Shown piece by piece: positions 47,300 through 57,653 of a DNA stretch of 64,000 nt (position 1 is the stretch's first letter; the number at the start of each line of letters is the position of its first letter). The position numbers and the translations under genes were made by a program. The DNA comes from a virus: the IMG/VR virus record IMGVR_UViG_3300035685_000003, positions 9,421 through 73,420 of that record; one strand, written 5' to 3'. The notes below the pieces were generated by a model that ran no database searches, was not told the origin of the DNA, and saw nothing but the letters and a program-made list of their open reading frames with translations.

Positions 47300-47686
47300 T
47301 CATGCGGCTATGGCTGTAGCTTTACTCTCCTGGTTTAGCTGATTCAGAATTAATCCAAGCTTTTGTCTGATTTGTGGTTTATGATGCTCCAAGTATTTTT
47401 TTAGACATTTGTGAATCACAGTACTTTGAGTCAGATGCGTTCGCTCTACCGTATCCTGTAGAATTTGTATAGTGTCATGATCGTATAATTCGACGGTTGC
47501 TCCACGCGAACGCCCTTCAGCGCAAGTCCTGGCTGACTTTTCAAGGGAATTGGCAAATTCTCGGACAGCCCTCCTAACGATTTCTTCGACACTGATACCC
47601 ATCATTGTGGCTGCTGTAGAAGCAGAGTTTAGGGTATCAGGATCTGTACAATAACTGACAGATTTTTTGGATTTCATGGTATCCAA
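47300..47686 (-). CDS. Tandem ribbon-helix-helix-like regulator
   Basis: Two beta-alpha-alpha units (SVEEIVRRAVREF; TQSTVIHKCLKKY); divergent from the XRE gene. Confidence 0.55.
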   Translation of the reverse strand: MDTMKSKKSVSYCTDPDTLNSASTAATMMGISVEEIVRRAVREFANSLEKSARTCAEGRSRGATVELYDHDTIQILQDTVERTHLTQSTVIHKCLKKYLEHHKPQIRQKLGLILNQLNQESKATAIAA

Positions 47687-47714
47687 ATGGAACTCATAAG
47701 ATAAATTCTAGCAC

Positions 47715-47732
47715 TGTATCGCGTGAGATACA
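47715..47732. promoter_or_regulatory. Candidate operator TGTATC-N6-GATACA
   Basis: Inverted repeat between divergent regulator genes. Confidence 0.4.
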
Positions 47733-47777
47733 AGGAATCCTTGACTCGCCCCAGCGCCAAAGTATTGATTAAAGCGC

Positions 47778-48248
47778 ATGGGAAATTTGTACACAAGGTC
47801 TGGATTAGAAAAACTAGCAGAGATAGTGAGGGCGGCACGGGGTCACGATTCTGTGCGAAAGTTTGCAGCAAAAGCCGGAATTAGTCATAGAACTGTGGCA
47901 CGGTTAGAAGAGGCAGACTTGCAGGAACCCGAAGTTTCAACGCTCCAAAAAATAGCACCCTTAACTGGATATTCAAAGGAGGAATTGATCGCCATTTTAG
48001 AATCAAAGCCTTATAGCCCAACAACTGTCCGCGAATATCGCCTAGCGGAAGACGTAATCCCGATAATCAACCAGCTACCCGATGCTGAGGCTGCAAAGGT
48101 TGCACAGCATATTATTGCTCGGTTGGCTCGTCCAAAAATTACAATAAACGGGGTTGAAGGCGAAGGAGTTAGCTTTCATATAGAGTTGATGGATCAAAAA
48201 GGGATGGCTGATTTACTACGAGCGATCGCGGAACGAATCGAACAGTAA
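47778..48248 (+). CDS. XRE-family HTH repressor
   Basis: VRAARG..SVRKFAAKAGISHRTVARLE...PEVSTLQKIA. Confidence 0.85.
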   Translation: MGNLYTRSGLEKLAEIVRAARGHDSVRKFAAKAGISHRTVARLEEADLQEPEVSTLQKIAPLTGYSKEELIAILESKPYSPTTVREYRLAEDVIPIINQLPDAEAAKVAQHIIARLARPKITINGVEGEGVSFHIELMDQKGMADLLRAIAERIEQ

Positions 48249-48304
48249 AGACGATTGGTAAAAGTAAAAAAAACTTCCTTCTACCAATCGTTTTTTCTAT
48301 TAGC

Positions 48305-48332
48305 TAGTAGCAGGAAAATTTTCCTGCTACTA
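48305..48332. repeat. Dispersed palindrome CAGGAAAATTTTCCTG, copy 6
   Basis: Core 48311-48326, extended to a 28-bp perfect palindrome. Confidence 0.95.
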
Positions 48333-48818
48333 TCACGCCGAGGACTTTGCAGTTTCCTGAAAAGAAAGGTGAGCGATTCGCTTGTCCCCTGCCTTGTCAA
48401 ATTCTGGCTCGGTGACGAACCAAACATGAAATTGAGCAAAGTAGGATATGTGGCTTGCACCCACCATTACCTCGCTAGTACCGGGAGCTATTGCCCTAGT
48501 TCTAGGTGATCGCTCCTGATACTCTCGCACCTTATCAATTAGAGTAAGTTCAGTATTAAGTTGGGGCAATACCCTACGCCTAGAATCAGATTCCTGATAC
48601 ATTGCTCCCAAAATCCGCATATCTTGTTCTGTGCAGTAAGCGCTAAACGTCCACAAATGCGGCTGTTCAAAAACAGGGCCACTACCAATAGTGCTTCCTG
48701 CGGCTGAGTACTCTAGCTTCCCCCCATCTATGGCTCTAGCTCTGGGGAATTTGGGGTCTAAAAACTTGATAAAGCTGACAGAAAGATTATCCAGAATTAA
48801 GGTAATACCACTCATCAC
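48333..48818 (-). CDS. Putative distal tail protein
   Basis: About 160 aa, directly downstream of the tape measure gene. Confidence 0.55.
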   Translation of the reverse strand: MMSGITLILDNLSVSFIKFLDPKFPRARAIDGGKLEYSAAGSTIGSGPVFEQPHLWTFSAYCTEQDMRILGAMYQESDSRRRVLPQLNTELTLIDKVREYQERSPRTRAIAPGTSEVMVGASHISYFAQFHVWFVTEPEFDKAGDKRIAHLSFQETAKSSA

Positions 48819-51800
48819 AGGTTTGCACTCCTCACCGCATTTTTTGAAATATTGCTGTAGATATCTGCGGCATCACTTACAGGGTTGACAGTGGTGACAG
48901 TCAGCGCTGATGGACGAGAAGCGATCGCAGTTAGGTTGCCGTTCATTTTTTGTAACTCGGTGACAACATCGCTATTTGAAAGCTTTGACTCCATTGAGGT
49001 GCTGCCTTTATTCTCCATCGCTGCCGATGATTGGTTGCTCCATTTTGCTAAATCATCCAATCCATTGCTAGCGCTGACTTGGGCGCTAGAAAACTGAGGC
49101 GATGCCTTGTCGAATGGCACTGCTCTTGATAAGGAAGTAGTGAGAGCATTAGGCGCGGCACTTTGGCTAGCTGGGGAAGAATAATAATTATTTTTTGGGG
49201 TAGTTTCCTTGGGGCTAGGTTCCCGACCAGCCGCAATATCCGCTGCATCCCGTGCAGCTTGTGCATTGGCTTCGGTTCGGGCAATTTCTTTAGCCCTGGC
49301 TTCTGCTATTTCCAAAGCCGCCGCTTGATCTTGTGCCGCGTGGGCAGCATCGCGCTGCGCCTGTGCGCCTTCCTGCTGGGCAATTTGTGCAAGTCGCGCA
49401 TTTTCAGCCAGTTCACCCTGTATTTCCACCCCGCGTTTGGCAGCATCTATACTTTTGACAGCAACTTCTTTTGATAAATCTGCGGTTTTTACTTCAGATT
49501 GAGCTAAAGCGATCGCATTTTTATCACCTAATTGTGTAGCTTTTTCTAAATTTGCCTTGGCTTGAATTTGGGATTGGCTAGCTTTAGAATCAAGGATTTG
49601 AGCTTCAAGAAGGGCGATTTCTGCTGTTAGCTTGGATCTGGTTAATTCAATGCCAAGTAAAGTTCGAGCCGCCTTTTCTTCGCGCAGAGCCGCCGCGTTT
49701 TGTTCTTCGGCTAATTCGTTTTGTAATTTACGCTTTTGGGATAGAATATCTGCTTCTGAAGAGTTGGCAAATCCAGAAGCCTGTAGCTGGGCATTGAGTA
49801 CAGATGCAACCCCCGGATCTACATCGGGGTCATCAAGTTTGCGGCGGGCTTCTATTGCCCGATCCACGGAGGCAAGCTTACTGTTTCCTTTAATCTCTTT
49901 TAAGGAGGACAGCGCTTTTTGCAAATTAAGCTGACTTTCTAGTAAATCCTTTTGTTGCTGCTGGGATTGCAGCAGGCTATTCCTTGCGGCTTTCTCTTGA
50001 TCTAATAGGCTAATTGTCTGGTCGATTGCTATTTTTTCAGCATTAGCCCGTTCCTGAATTGCATGAATCGCCTCATCTCTGAGGCGTTTAAATTCAGCAA
50101 TTTGTTGGTCTATTATTTCTACTTGTTTTTGGGAAATTTGTACTTCAATTGCTGTGCGGCGATCAGCAGCGTCCTTGGCTGAAATAACTTTCTTGTTTTC
50201 TAATAGGTCAACATCGCTTGCTTGTTTCTCTAATAGCTGAAGTTGAAGTGAAGTTGAATCCCTGCTAATGGCTGCTAACTGGGCAGCAGATTCACGAGCC
50301 GCTTTCTCGGTATCACCAGCTGCCAACAACCCTTGTTTTGCTATTATGATTCGCTGATTGGCGCTTACTGTAATTCCAGCTTCAGCCTGTTTGTTGCTGC
50401 GATCTAAATCTGCTAATATATCAGCATTTATCTGTTTACGTGCTTCAACTTCTCGATTCGCTTGTTGAATAGCTAAGTCGATTACGCGCTTTTCAATTTC
50501 AATCCTACGGTCAGCAGCTTGCAATGCAGTTAATACTTTTTTAGCTTCTAACTGATTGACCTGATCGAACTCTTTCTTGGCTAATGCAATCCTTTCATTG
50601 CCAGCATTATATTCAGTTTCTAATAATTTTCTATTAGCAGCTTCATTATCTATCTTGCCATCAGCTTGCTGCCGTTTTATATCCAGAGTAGCAAGCCCAG
50701 ATTTACTATCTACTGATGCAAGCTTTGCAGCGTTGACTCTTTCAATTGCCTTAAGTTCACGCGCACGGGCATTTTCTTGAGCCTGGATTTCCTCTTCAAC
50801 ATTTTTAAGTTTTAATTTTTTAAGATTACTATTAATTTCTGCTTCTTGTTTTGCAAAGTCTTGAGCCGTAATTGCGTTCCGCGCTCTTAATGCTTTGATG
50901 CGTTTTAGTTTATCTTCCTCAGCAAAAATCTCACTTTTAATACTGGCAACTTTAATTTCAGTTATCTGCTTACTTGCTTCTTCATTTGTGATAACACCTT
51001 TAAGTTGTAATTCTCGAATACCAATAGCTTTCTCGTTTTCAATATTTACAATGCTTCGAGCCGCAGCCTTAGCGGTGTTCTCTTCATTTTTTAAAGCTTC
51101 TTCATTAGCTGCTTTCTTTTGAGCAACTAAATTCTGAGCAATCTGCGATCGCAGATTAGCGCTTTCGCCTTCAAGCTCCTTAATTTTAGTATTAACTTTT
51201 TCGATTTCTTCAGGTTTTGCCCCAACTTTAGCCGCTTCTAATTTAGGTATTTCTGTAGCAACTAATTGCTTTCTGTCTTCTAATCCCTTTTTTTCAGCTT
51301 CAAGTATTTTGGAGTTAGTTTGTTCCTGAGTAATAGTTCCAGCAGCTAATTGCTCATTAATAGTAGCTTTGTTCTTTTCAGTAGCAAGAGCTATATCCTT
51401 AGTGCCTTTGTCATAAGCTTTGCTCAACGCCTCAACATCAAGAATTAAATCCTTCAAAGATTGAGAGTTATTCTTGTTGGCTACGGTGTCAGCTTCAAGT
51501 TGAAAAACTCGCTTTCTTAAAGATTGTTTTTGTCTCTCTAGGGTTTTGATATTTGTTTCAATTAGCTGCTGTTGCTCGACAGTTGGAGCTTTTTGAGATT
51601 TGAGAGTATCAATGTATTTATCAAGTACGTTGATTTGCCCAGAAGCCTCTTCTTTGAATTTCTTAATCCCTTCAGCACCCAATCGCTGTTTGTCAGCAGC
51701 TTCAAGAGTTGTTACCCCATATTTAGCGAGGATGTCATTGGTAGCATCCATCACTTTCCCCGCCTGATCAAACTGTTTCTCTAGGGCGAGCATTGCCAGT

Positions 51801-53647
51801 TGATTCCCGCGTTGCTCGGCGGTAAGAATCGCTAGCTCCTTTCCGTAGGTTGAAGTAACGTCACTGGTTCCTCCAAGCGCCTGGTCTAACTGAGCTAAAC
51901 CTGTTCGGGCTGCTTCGATAGGGCCGGATTTTGCTAGTGTCTGCCCCAGGAGGTCGAAGCCACTAGCCGCCGTTGCAGTCTTAGCAGCAGTTTCGCCGAG
52001 TGTAGTATTACCCTTTTTTAAGCTGGCTTCAAATTCCAGTATTTTGCGGGTATTGTCCTCAACCGTCGTGCTGAACTTTGCACCTTCTGATCGCTTGAAG
52101 GCTTCAGAAACCGCATAAATAGCACCGCCAACCAAAGCCGCCTGGACTGCAAGAATCGCTAATTTACTGGCAAATCCTAAAGTTGCAGTAGCAGCAGTTC
52201 CTGTGGCGGCGGCGTATACATTGCGAGATGTGGTAGCTACCCCCGACTGAATGGTGGTGGCAGCTAGTGCCAAGTTGCTTAACGAAAGTTCAACTGTTAA
52301 AACCTTGGTCACGACAGCAGAAGTGGCAGTGACAGAGGCATTGGCTGAAGCGGCGGCGGTGTTTAGTCCGAGAGCCGCAGCTGAGGCAGTAAAACCAGCC
52401 GTAACTATGGGAGCTAATGCTGTGACAGTAGCGATCGCTCCTCCCAGAGTGAGTATTCCCCCAGTCAAACCGATGGTCACACCCAAGGTTTGCTTGACTG
52501 GTTCAGGGAGGGAATTGAAAGCCTGGAGAATACTAGCTGATGCTGCGACAACAGGGCTAGCAACCTGAAGTATTCCTAGACCTAAACTAACGAATGCTTC
52601 GTTGGCTTGGTTTGCAGAGCGTTTAAGTTGTCCCTCAAAAGAACTGGAAACTTTCTCAGCCGCCTGTTTGGCCATCCCCGCACTATTTTCAATGTAGGCT
52701 AGGTTTTTATTGAAGGCAGCAACATTTGCCCCGGCACTTGGCAAGATCGCAGCGACAGCTTCCACCGAACCAAATAGCTCTGTCAGTACTTGGGGAGTAG
52801 CTGCCCCTTTGGCATTCAAATCTGCAAGTACACCGGCTAGTCCCTTCGATTTCAAAGCCGCAGCGTTGAACTGCACACCCAAATCTTTAGCTAATCGAGT
52901 TGCAACTAAAGTTGGCGACAGCATCGCGGTGATAGCTGCGCGGACTCCTGCTACTGCGCTACTTGCCTGCACACCTTTGGCAGTGGCAGTGGCGACATAA
53001 GCAGAAAACTCTTCAAGACTCACTCCCGCTTCTGCTGCACTAGTCGCCGCAGAACCAATCATCCCCGCGTACTGTGCTACTGTAATCTTCCCGGCGTTTT
53101 GTGTAGCGATTAAAACATCCGTGATATGAGCAGCTTCATCGACCGACTTCCCGTAGGAATTGAGGATCGTGGTCGTCGCGTCAGCTACCGTATTCACATT
53201 GCTAAATCCACCAATTGCAGCGTAGGTGGAGTTTTTCAGGATGTTAGTAACGTCGGCGGTTTTGGAGTAGCCCGATGATAAAACGTCGTAGGAGCTATTA
53301 AGCAGATCGGTTGATGTAGATTGATAGCCCATCTCAGCCGACAATACCCGCATCGACTTAGCCAACCCACTACTATCTTCAGTTAGGGTGGCTGTTTTGG
53401 CTCTTGCTGAATCAAACGCGATCGCCGCTTCTTTGGCTTTATCCGCGACGATTGTTAAAGCAAGTCCGGCAGTAGCAGCTAAACCCCCAAGGGTAGCTTG
53501 CAATGCAGAAGCTGCCCTATTGGCTGGATCGGTATTTAGGTCTACATCTGGCAGCCCAGAAAGCAAACGGCGCAGTTCAGCAATATCCCTGGTAAGTTGT
53601 TCCCTTGCCAAGCGAATTTGGATATCTACAGTTCCTGCGCTAGTCAT
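48815..53647 (-). CDS. Tail tape measure protein (TP901-like)
   Basis: 1610 aa, Ala-rich helical; YDVLSSG...ADATTTILNSY...GK.T...LFGSVEA core. Confidence 0.92.
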   Translation of the reverse strand: MTSAGTVDIQIRLAREQLTRDIAELRRLLSGLPDVDLNTDPANRAASALQATLGGLAATAGLALTIVADKAKEAAIAFDSARAKTATLTEDSSGLAKSMRVLSAEMGYQSTSTDLLNSSYDVLSSGYSKTADVTNILKNSTYAAIGGFSNVNTVADATTTILNSYGKSVDEAAHITDVLIATQNAGKITVAQYAGMIGSAATSAAEAGVSLEEFSAYVATATAKGVQASSAVAGVRAAITAMLSPTLVATRLAKDLGVQFNAAALKSKGLAGVLADLNAKGAATPQVLTELFGSVEAVAAILPSAGANVAAFNKNLAYIENSAGMAKQAAEKVSSSFEGQLKRSANQANEAFVSLGLGILQVASPVVAASASILQAFNSLPEPVKQTLGVTIGLTGGILTLGGAIATVTALAPIVTAGFTASAAALGLNTAAASANASVTATSAVVTKVLTVELSLSNLALAATTIQSGVATTSRNVYAAATGTAATATLGFASKLAILAVQAALVGGAIYAVSEAFKRSEGAKFSTTVEDNTRKILEFEASLKKGNTTLGETAAKTATAASGFDLLGQTLAKSGPIEAARTGLAQLDQALGGTSDVTSTYGKELAILTAEQRGNQLAMLALEKQFDQAGKVMDATNDILAKYGVTTLEAADKQRLGAEGIKKFKEEASGQINVLDKYIDTLKSQKAPTVEQQQLIETNIKTLERQKQSLRKRVFQLEADTVANKNNSQSLKDLILDVEALSKAYDKGTKDIALATEKNKATINEQLAAGTITQEQTNSKILEAEKKGLEDRKQLVATEIPKLEAAKVGAKPEEIEKVNTKIKELEGESANLRSQIAQNLVAQKKAANEEALKNEENTAKAAARSIVNIENEKAIGIRELQLKGVITNEEASKQITEIKVASIKSEIFAEEDKLKRIKALRARNAITAQDFAKQEAEINSNLKKLKLKNVEEEIQAQENARARELKAIERVNAAKLASVDSKSGLATLDIKRQQADGKIDNEAANRKLLETEYNAGNERIALAKKEFDQVNQLEAKKVLTALQAADRRIEIEKRVIDLAIQQANREVEARKQINADILADLDRSNKQAEAGITVSANQRIIIAKQGLLAAGDTEKAARESAAQLAAISRDSTSLQLQLLEKQASDVDLLENKKVISAKDAADRRTAIEVQISQKQVEIIDQQIAEFKRLRDEAIHAIQERANAEKIAIDQTISLLDQEKAARNSLLQSQQQQKDLLESQLNLQKALSSLKEIKGNSKLASVDRAIEARRKLDDPDVDPGVASVLNAQLQASGFANSSEADILSQKRKLQNELAEEQNAAALREEKAARTLLGIELTRSKLTAEIALLEAQILDSKASQSQIQAKANLEKATQLGDKNAIALAQSEVKTADLSKEVAVKSIDAAKRGVEIQGELAENARLAQIAQQEGAQAQRDAAHAAQDQAAALEIAEARAKEIARTEANAQAARDAADIAAGREPSPKETTPKNNYYSSPASQSAAPNALTTSLSRAVPFDKASPQFSSAQVSASNGLDDLAKWSNQSSAAMENKGSTSMESKLSNSDVVTELQKMNGNLTAIASRPSALTVTTVNPVSDAADIYSNISKNAVRSANL

Positions 53648-53716
53648 TAGTCGTTAGTTATTAGTTATTGGTCATTGGTCATTGGTCATTGGTCATTGGT
53701 CATTGGTCATTGGTCA
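53640..53716. repeat. STRR2-type heptamer array
   Basis: Seven perfect TTGGTCA (53668-53716) preceded by four degenerate units. Confidence 0.92.
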
Positions 53717-53740
53717 CATAACCGTCACATAAACTTTTAC

Positions 53741-54133
53741 TCACCCAGCCGCCGACCTAATCAACTCAAGATCAACTAAAGGCCCTACCCAAGTAGGTAA
53801 TAGTCCTTCAGCCGCCAAATCCAAAAAGGTGGTGGCTGTGGCTTGAGAAACGCTCAAGCGAGCGCTTTGTTGCATTATTTTCTGTTCGTAAGGGTTAAAC
53901 CAGTTCGAGTCTGGGTTCTTGACTCCCTTTAGATAACAAAGCGCTAATCCTAAGCTGGCAATTGGAACCGCCGATTGGTAGGAATCGATAAGTTGTTTTT
54001 GGCGCATCTGCGCCATAGCCTGTTCGATTAGCCAAATCGGTTGATTACCAAAGTTTGTAGCGCTAAACCTTTCCTCTCCCGGATAGTATTGGCGCAGTTG
54101 CCAGTAAATCGCAGGCCAATCAACAGGCTCTAC
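53741..54133 (-). CDS. Tail assembly chaperone -1 frameshift extension (gpGT-like part)
   Basis: Open -1 frame from the slippery site (VEPVDWPAIYWQL...) runs in frame into ORF 53741-54016. Confidence 0.8.
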   Translation of the reverse strand, partial: VEPVDWPAIYWQLRQYYPGEERFSATNFGNQPIWLIEQAMAQMRQKQLIDSYQSAVPIASLGLALCYLKGVKNPDSNWFNPYEQKIMQQSARLSVSQATATTFLDLAAEGLLPTWVGPLVDLELIRSAAG

Positions 54134-54660
54134 TTTTTTGGTTCTTCCGGGGTGGTTTCGTCAGCAGTGTAAAAGGCGCTATCGATGACAAATCCCAAGG
54201 GTACTTTTGATTGATCTGCGAATACAAAGTAAGTACCTGCAAAATCTGGTCGTCCTGCGACTACACCACCACAACTTTTTGCATAATTAGTAGCAGCAAT
54301 ATAAGCATCGCTTCCGCTCAGTCGAACTAAATAGCTATCGCCAACCCAACGAGAGCGTTCGTTATTGGCAAAATCATACAAGTCTTCAATTAGTGGGAAG
54401 TACTTGATTTTGTCCAAAGTATCTTGGCGAGTCCAATTCGGATCGACTCGGTACTTGAACAGAATTGTCGCAACTTCTACTTTTGCTTCTGATAAAGACT
54501 GCTGCTTTAATCCCACATAATAATCAGCGATCGCTAATTCTTCATTGGGTGTCAAAGACCCCAGGCGAATTATCTTCAGCACCCCATACTCAGGGCTTCC
54601 GACTTCTGCATATTCGAGTACTTCTTTTGGTTCGGTTGACCAGGGTAATTGTCGGCTCAT
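54130..54660 (-). CDS. Tail assembly chaperone (gpG-like)
   Basis: Between tail tube and tape measure; ends CCA AAA AAG TAG. Confidence 0.75.
   Translation of the reverse strand: MSRQLPWSTEPKEVLEYAEVGSPEYGVLKIIRLGSLTPNEELAIADYYVGLKQQSLSEAKVEVATILFKYRVDPNWTRQDTLDKIKYFPLIEDLYDFANNERSRWVGDSYLVRLSGSDAYIAATNYAKSCGGVVAGRPDFAGTYFVFADQSKVPLGFVIDSAFYTADETTPEEPKK
54133..54139 (-). other. -1 ribosomal frameshift heptamer A AAA AAG
   Basis: X XXY YYZ site immediately before the stop codon. Confidence 0.8.
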
Positions 54661-54881
54661 AATATCCTCAGTACAAAATCGTAATTAACAGTTTCAAAAG
54701 CAACATCATCCAGGGATACCTGGTATTTGACTTGATCGTTTTCTTGGTCGATGAGGATCGGGAAATTACTCAAATCCTCGTCCGGGTCAGCTAGTAAAAT
54801 TCCCACCGTAATTTGCTGCTTTTCGACTTGGCAGTGACAGGCGAATAAACCTCTAGTTTGCAAACTCCGGTGGAAAGGCAT
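54657..54881 (-). CDS. Small hypothetical protein in tail operon
   Basis: Fills the gap, ATGA overlap with the next gene. Confidence 0.55.
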   Translation of the reverse strand: MPFHRSLQTRGLFACHCQVEKQQITVGILLADPDEDLSNFPILIDQENDQVKYQVSLDDVAFETVNYDFVLRIL

Positions 54882-54885
54882 AAAA

Positions 54886-55584
54886 CTAAGCTTTGGGTTT
54901 GGGTTGGATTTCGTTGCAGTATCCGAGGAATGAAACTTCCAAGTTTTGGCTAACAAAACCATCGGCAGGAGTTTCGTCAGGAATTGAGGTAATGGCGGCG
55001 GGCCCTTCCGTTAGTTTTCCAGCCTGATAAGCGTCGGATGGGGGTGGCAGAATCCGCCTTACCCAAACTTCTTGGTCGTTTTCGTAGGCGTATTCCGCAG
55101 TTCGTAAACCAGCATCGTAGTAAAGATAATTACCTGCTGCCGATAATCCGCGCTCTCTACTAGTGGTAGTTCCGTCCCGTTCTGATCCAGAATCAAAAGT
55201 GATTGAAGATTGTAGGTTGGCGCTGCGGGATACTGAAGCTCCAGAGCGGGCTTGAATTTTTACGGGAAATTCAGAAGTCGATGCATCTGCGATCGCTTCG
55301 GGCAATGGGAAAACTGCAAGAGCCGTTGCCCCAATAACAGCATCAGCCGAAAGCTGGGCTAGTCGCTCTACGCCGCTTGCATCCTTGAACAGTAGCCATT
55401 GCCCTTTGGGGATTAGTCCTGTAACCGTTTCTTCAAGTGGAATGCTGGTTGCAGCTTTGGCAATGGCAGCGCTCGCTACGCCTGCTACAACTAAGGTTTG
55501 ATCTACGGGTTTGGCGCGTACACCCGTGGGTAAAAGTGCCAAATATAACTTCGTACCCTTAGACTTTTGGATAGCTTGGGTCAT
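54886..55584 (-). CDS. Major tail tube protein
   Basis: GTKLY N-terminus, G.A.IT...DG....S.LG C-terminus; position; CAGGAG SD. Confidence 0.7.
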   Translation of the reverse strand: MTQAIQKSKGTKLYLALLPTGVRAKPVDQTLVVAGVASAAIAKAATSIPLEETVTGLIPKGQWLLFKDASGVERLAQLSADAVIGATALAVFPLPEAIADASTSEFPVKIQARSGASVSRSANLQSSITFDSGSERDGTTTSRERGLSAAGNYLYYDAGLRTAEYAYENDQEVWVRRILPPPSDAYQAGKLTEGPAAITSIPDETPADGFVSQNLEVSFLGYCNEIQPKPKA

Positions 55585-56039
55585 GAATCTCCTGTGTAAA
55601 AAGAATGAAGGATTTGCATTTCGCAAGTTTCGATATTGCCGATATACGGGTCGCTAACGGTGCGAATTGGATCGCCTGCAATATCAAGAACACTTAGAAT
55701 TTTAAATAGTGGGGCAATAGTATTTTTAGATGTGTCGTATTGTCTCAAGATTATTTGAGTCACGACATTTTGAATAATGCCGTCAAGCCGGGTTTCAAGC
55801 CGAATAGAGTTAAGCGTCACCAATACCACTTCTAATCCCCCGGTGACGCTTGTTCCTTGAGGAGGGTAAACCTGGACATTTGACCCTAATCCTAAAAGTG
55901 CGATCGCAGGATCGGTAGTGCCATCGGGAAAGGTGTAAATTCCAATTTCACCAGCCAAGACATCTACGATTTTGGAGCGCATTGCTGCAAGTGCTGATTG
56001 AAGTTCTGGTAGGATGTTCGCCGCGTTAGCCATTGCCAA
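55581..56039 (-). CDS. Putative tail terminator
   Basis: Position just upstream of the tail tube. Confidence 0.45.
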   Translation of the reverse strand: MAMANAANILPELQSALAAMRSKIVDVLAGEIGIYTFPDGTTDPAIALLGLGSNVQVYPPQGTSVTGGLEVVLVTLNSIRLETRLDGIIQNVVTQIILRQYDTSKNTIAPLFKILSVLDIAGDPIRTVSDPYIGNIETCEMQILHSFYTGDS

Positions 56040-56397
56040 GTTTCCTCCGCGCTAAAGTGCTGACAGTGTTAGCAACGTTAAATGTTGCCAAGGCGTGGGT
56101 TGTCCACGGTCTTCCGGGGATGACTGTCCCATCGGGCATGGTGTAGCCGTTATGAACATAAAATGAATAATCAACGGGCCATGCAAACGTTACTTGACCA
56201 AGACCTTGAAAACTCATTTGCTGTGAGGAACGCAGCCTTCCAGTATCGATAATGTTCCGGGGTGACGGTGCGGTTGGCCACTGCCAAATATTGGCTGTAA
56301 TGGATTTGGTAAATTCGCGGCTCAAAAGAAACATAGTTTCTTTGAAAGCCTCGTCTAATACCCGCTCCGGTTCTGAAAAGTTGAGGTTTGCTGTCAT
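56026..56397 (-). CDS. HK97 gp10-like tail completion protein
   Basis: DTGRLRSS...Y..YVHNG...PGRPW. Confidence 0.75.
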   Translation of the reverse strand: MTANLNFSEPERVLDEAFKETMFLLSREFTKSITANIWQWPTAPSPRNIIDTGRLRSSQQMSFQGLGQVTFAWPVDYSFYVHNGYTMPDGTVIPGRPWTTHALATFNVANTVSTLARRKLGNG

Positions 56398-56795
56398 TTG
56401 ATTTCAAACCATCCTGCGATGCGATCGCCAATAATTTGCTCAGTCCTGAAAGGGGAACGCCCTCGTTTTAAGATCACAAACTCCCCGTTTAATTCGTCCC
56501 AGGTTGCAGATGCTCTAGCTTCGTGCTGGATGGTATTTGGTATGAGCAGAGTTCCTGGTTGACCATTTAAGGAAACAGAAACCACACGTCCCTCCAAATA
56601 AACCGCCTGTAGGCTAACTCCAGGTAAACGCTCTTTTTTGTAGGCGCTTACAGCCTTAAGCATTGCTGCCACTACAAGGGACTCGCCTGCCGTAAACATC
56701 CGATTGCCAGTTATGGGGTCAACACCTGCTGCTGTTCCTGGAAGTGTCCAGGTCAAGGCGGCGTTGGCGAAACTAGCAAAGGGCGATTGTGGCAT
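56394..56795 (-). CDS. Putative head closure protein
   Basis: Size, position, D..TGN motif. Confidence 0.5.
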   Translation of the reverse strand: MPQSPFASFANAALTWTLPGTAAGVDPITGNRMFTAGESLVVAAMLKAVSAYKKERLPGVSLQAVYLEGRVVSVSLNGQPGTLLIPNTIQHEARASATWDELNGEFVILKRGRSPFRTEQIIGDRIAGWFEIK

Positions 56796-56796
56796 A

Positions 56797-57180
56797 TCAG
56801 TAAATCGGGATATTAGGAATTGAAACTGTACTAGCGTTAAGAATTGGCAAATCCTCCCCGACCATCAAAGCCGTAAAACCAGCTGGTACAATCCAGCCAT
56901 ACTTTCGATCCAAACCGCGTTGAATATCGAGATACGATTCAATCGGGCGAACCATTCCGGTAAACCCGACACCATCAGCGTTCGATAACTGCTGGTGCTG
57001 TGGGGCTTGCTCTAGGAGTTTGGCAACCACCCAATAAGGGCGATACTGTGTAACTTGGTTTATGTCCACTGCCGCGGACTCTTGAAGATAAATTTCTACA
57101 TTGGCTGCGATCGCATCATCAAAACCCGTCAAGGTTTTGACTAGATCGAAGTTTGTTTGATAGTTAGAAAAGTCAGTCAT
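56797..57180 (-). CDS. Putative head-tail adaptor
   Basis: Size and position downstream of the capsid gene. Confidence 0.5.
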   Translation of the reverse strand: MTDFSNYQTNFDLVKTLTGFDDAIAANVEIYLQESAAVDINQVTQYRPYWVVAKLLEQAPQHQQLSNADGVGFTGMVRPIESYLDIQRGLDRKYGWIVPAGFTALMVGEDLPILNASTVSIPNIPIY

Positions 57181-57571
57181 GAGTTTTGGCAGGAAAACAA
57201 GTTGCTACAAAATCTTGGGTGATATCTCGAAAGTCATTGACTCCAGCTAAAGCTTCTAAAAATTGCTCTGAAGCTCGATTAATCGGGCTAGTCGCTGCGG
57301 TTCCGGCATCATGCAAAAGAGTAAATACCCTGATTAAATCAAGCGCCTCTTCCGCGTCCTCGTTAAGCAAATCAGCGAAAAACAAAATTAGGTTTTCGAC
57401 TATGTGCAAGTAGCCTGTATACCCAAAGGCATCGCAAATCATTCCAATTGAGGGATTAATTACCGAGCAGACACACTTAAATATTTCAAGCAGCCCTTCG
57501 TTGTCGGGGTCACTTGCCCACAATGAGAAATTAATAAAAGTGGGACGATGCAGTTTCTCCATGATTTTCAC
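57173..57571 (-). CDS. Hypothetical protein
   Basis: 132 aa ORF overlapping the next start. Confidence 0.55.
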   Translation of the reverse strand: MKIMEKLHRPTFINFSLWASDPDNEGLLEIFKCVCSVINPSIGMICDAFGYTGYLHIVENLILFFADLLNEDAEEALDLIRVFTLLHDAGTAATSPINRASEQFLEALAGVNDFRDITQDFVATCFPAKTHD

Positions 57572-57653
57572 TGTATAAATAGGTGCTACCCATTGCCTAA
57601 AAAGATGGGTAGCCCCCGACTTTAAGCGTGGTGGTGGGTGGGCAAAAAGTCGA

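Noticed and set aside
33177..52568. Antisense ORFs such as 33177-33749, 38663-39184 and 52251-52568
   Set aside because: Shadow frames of long Ala/Thr/Gly-rich or repeat-containing genes
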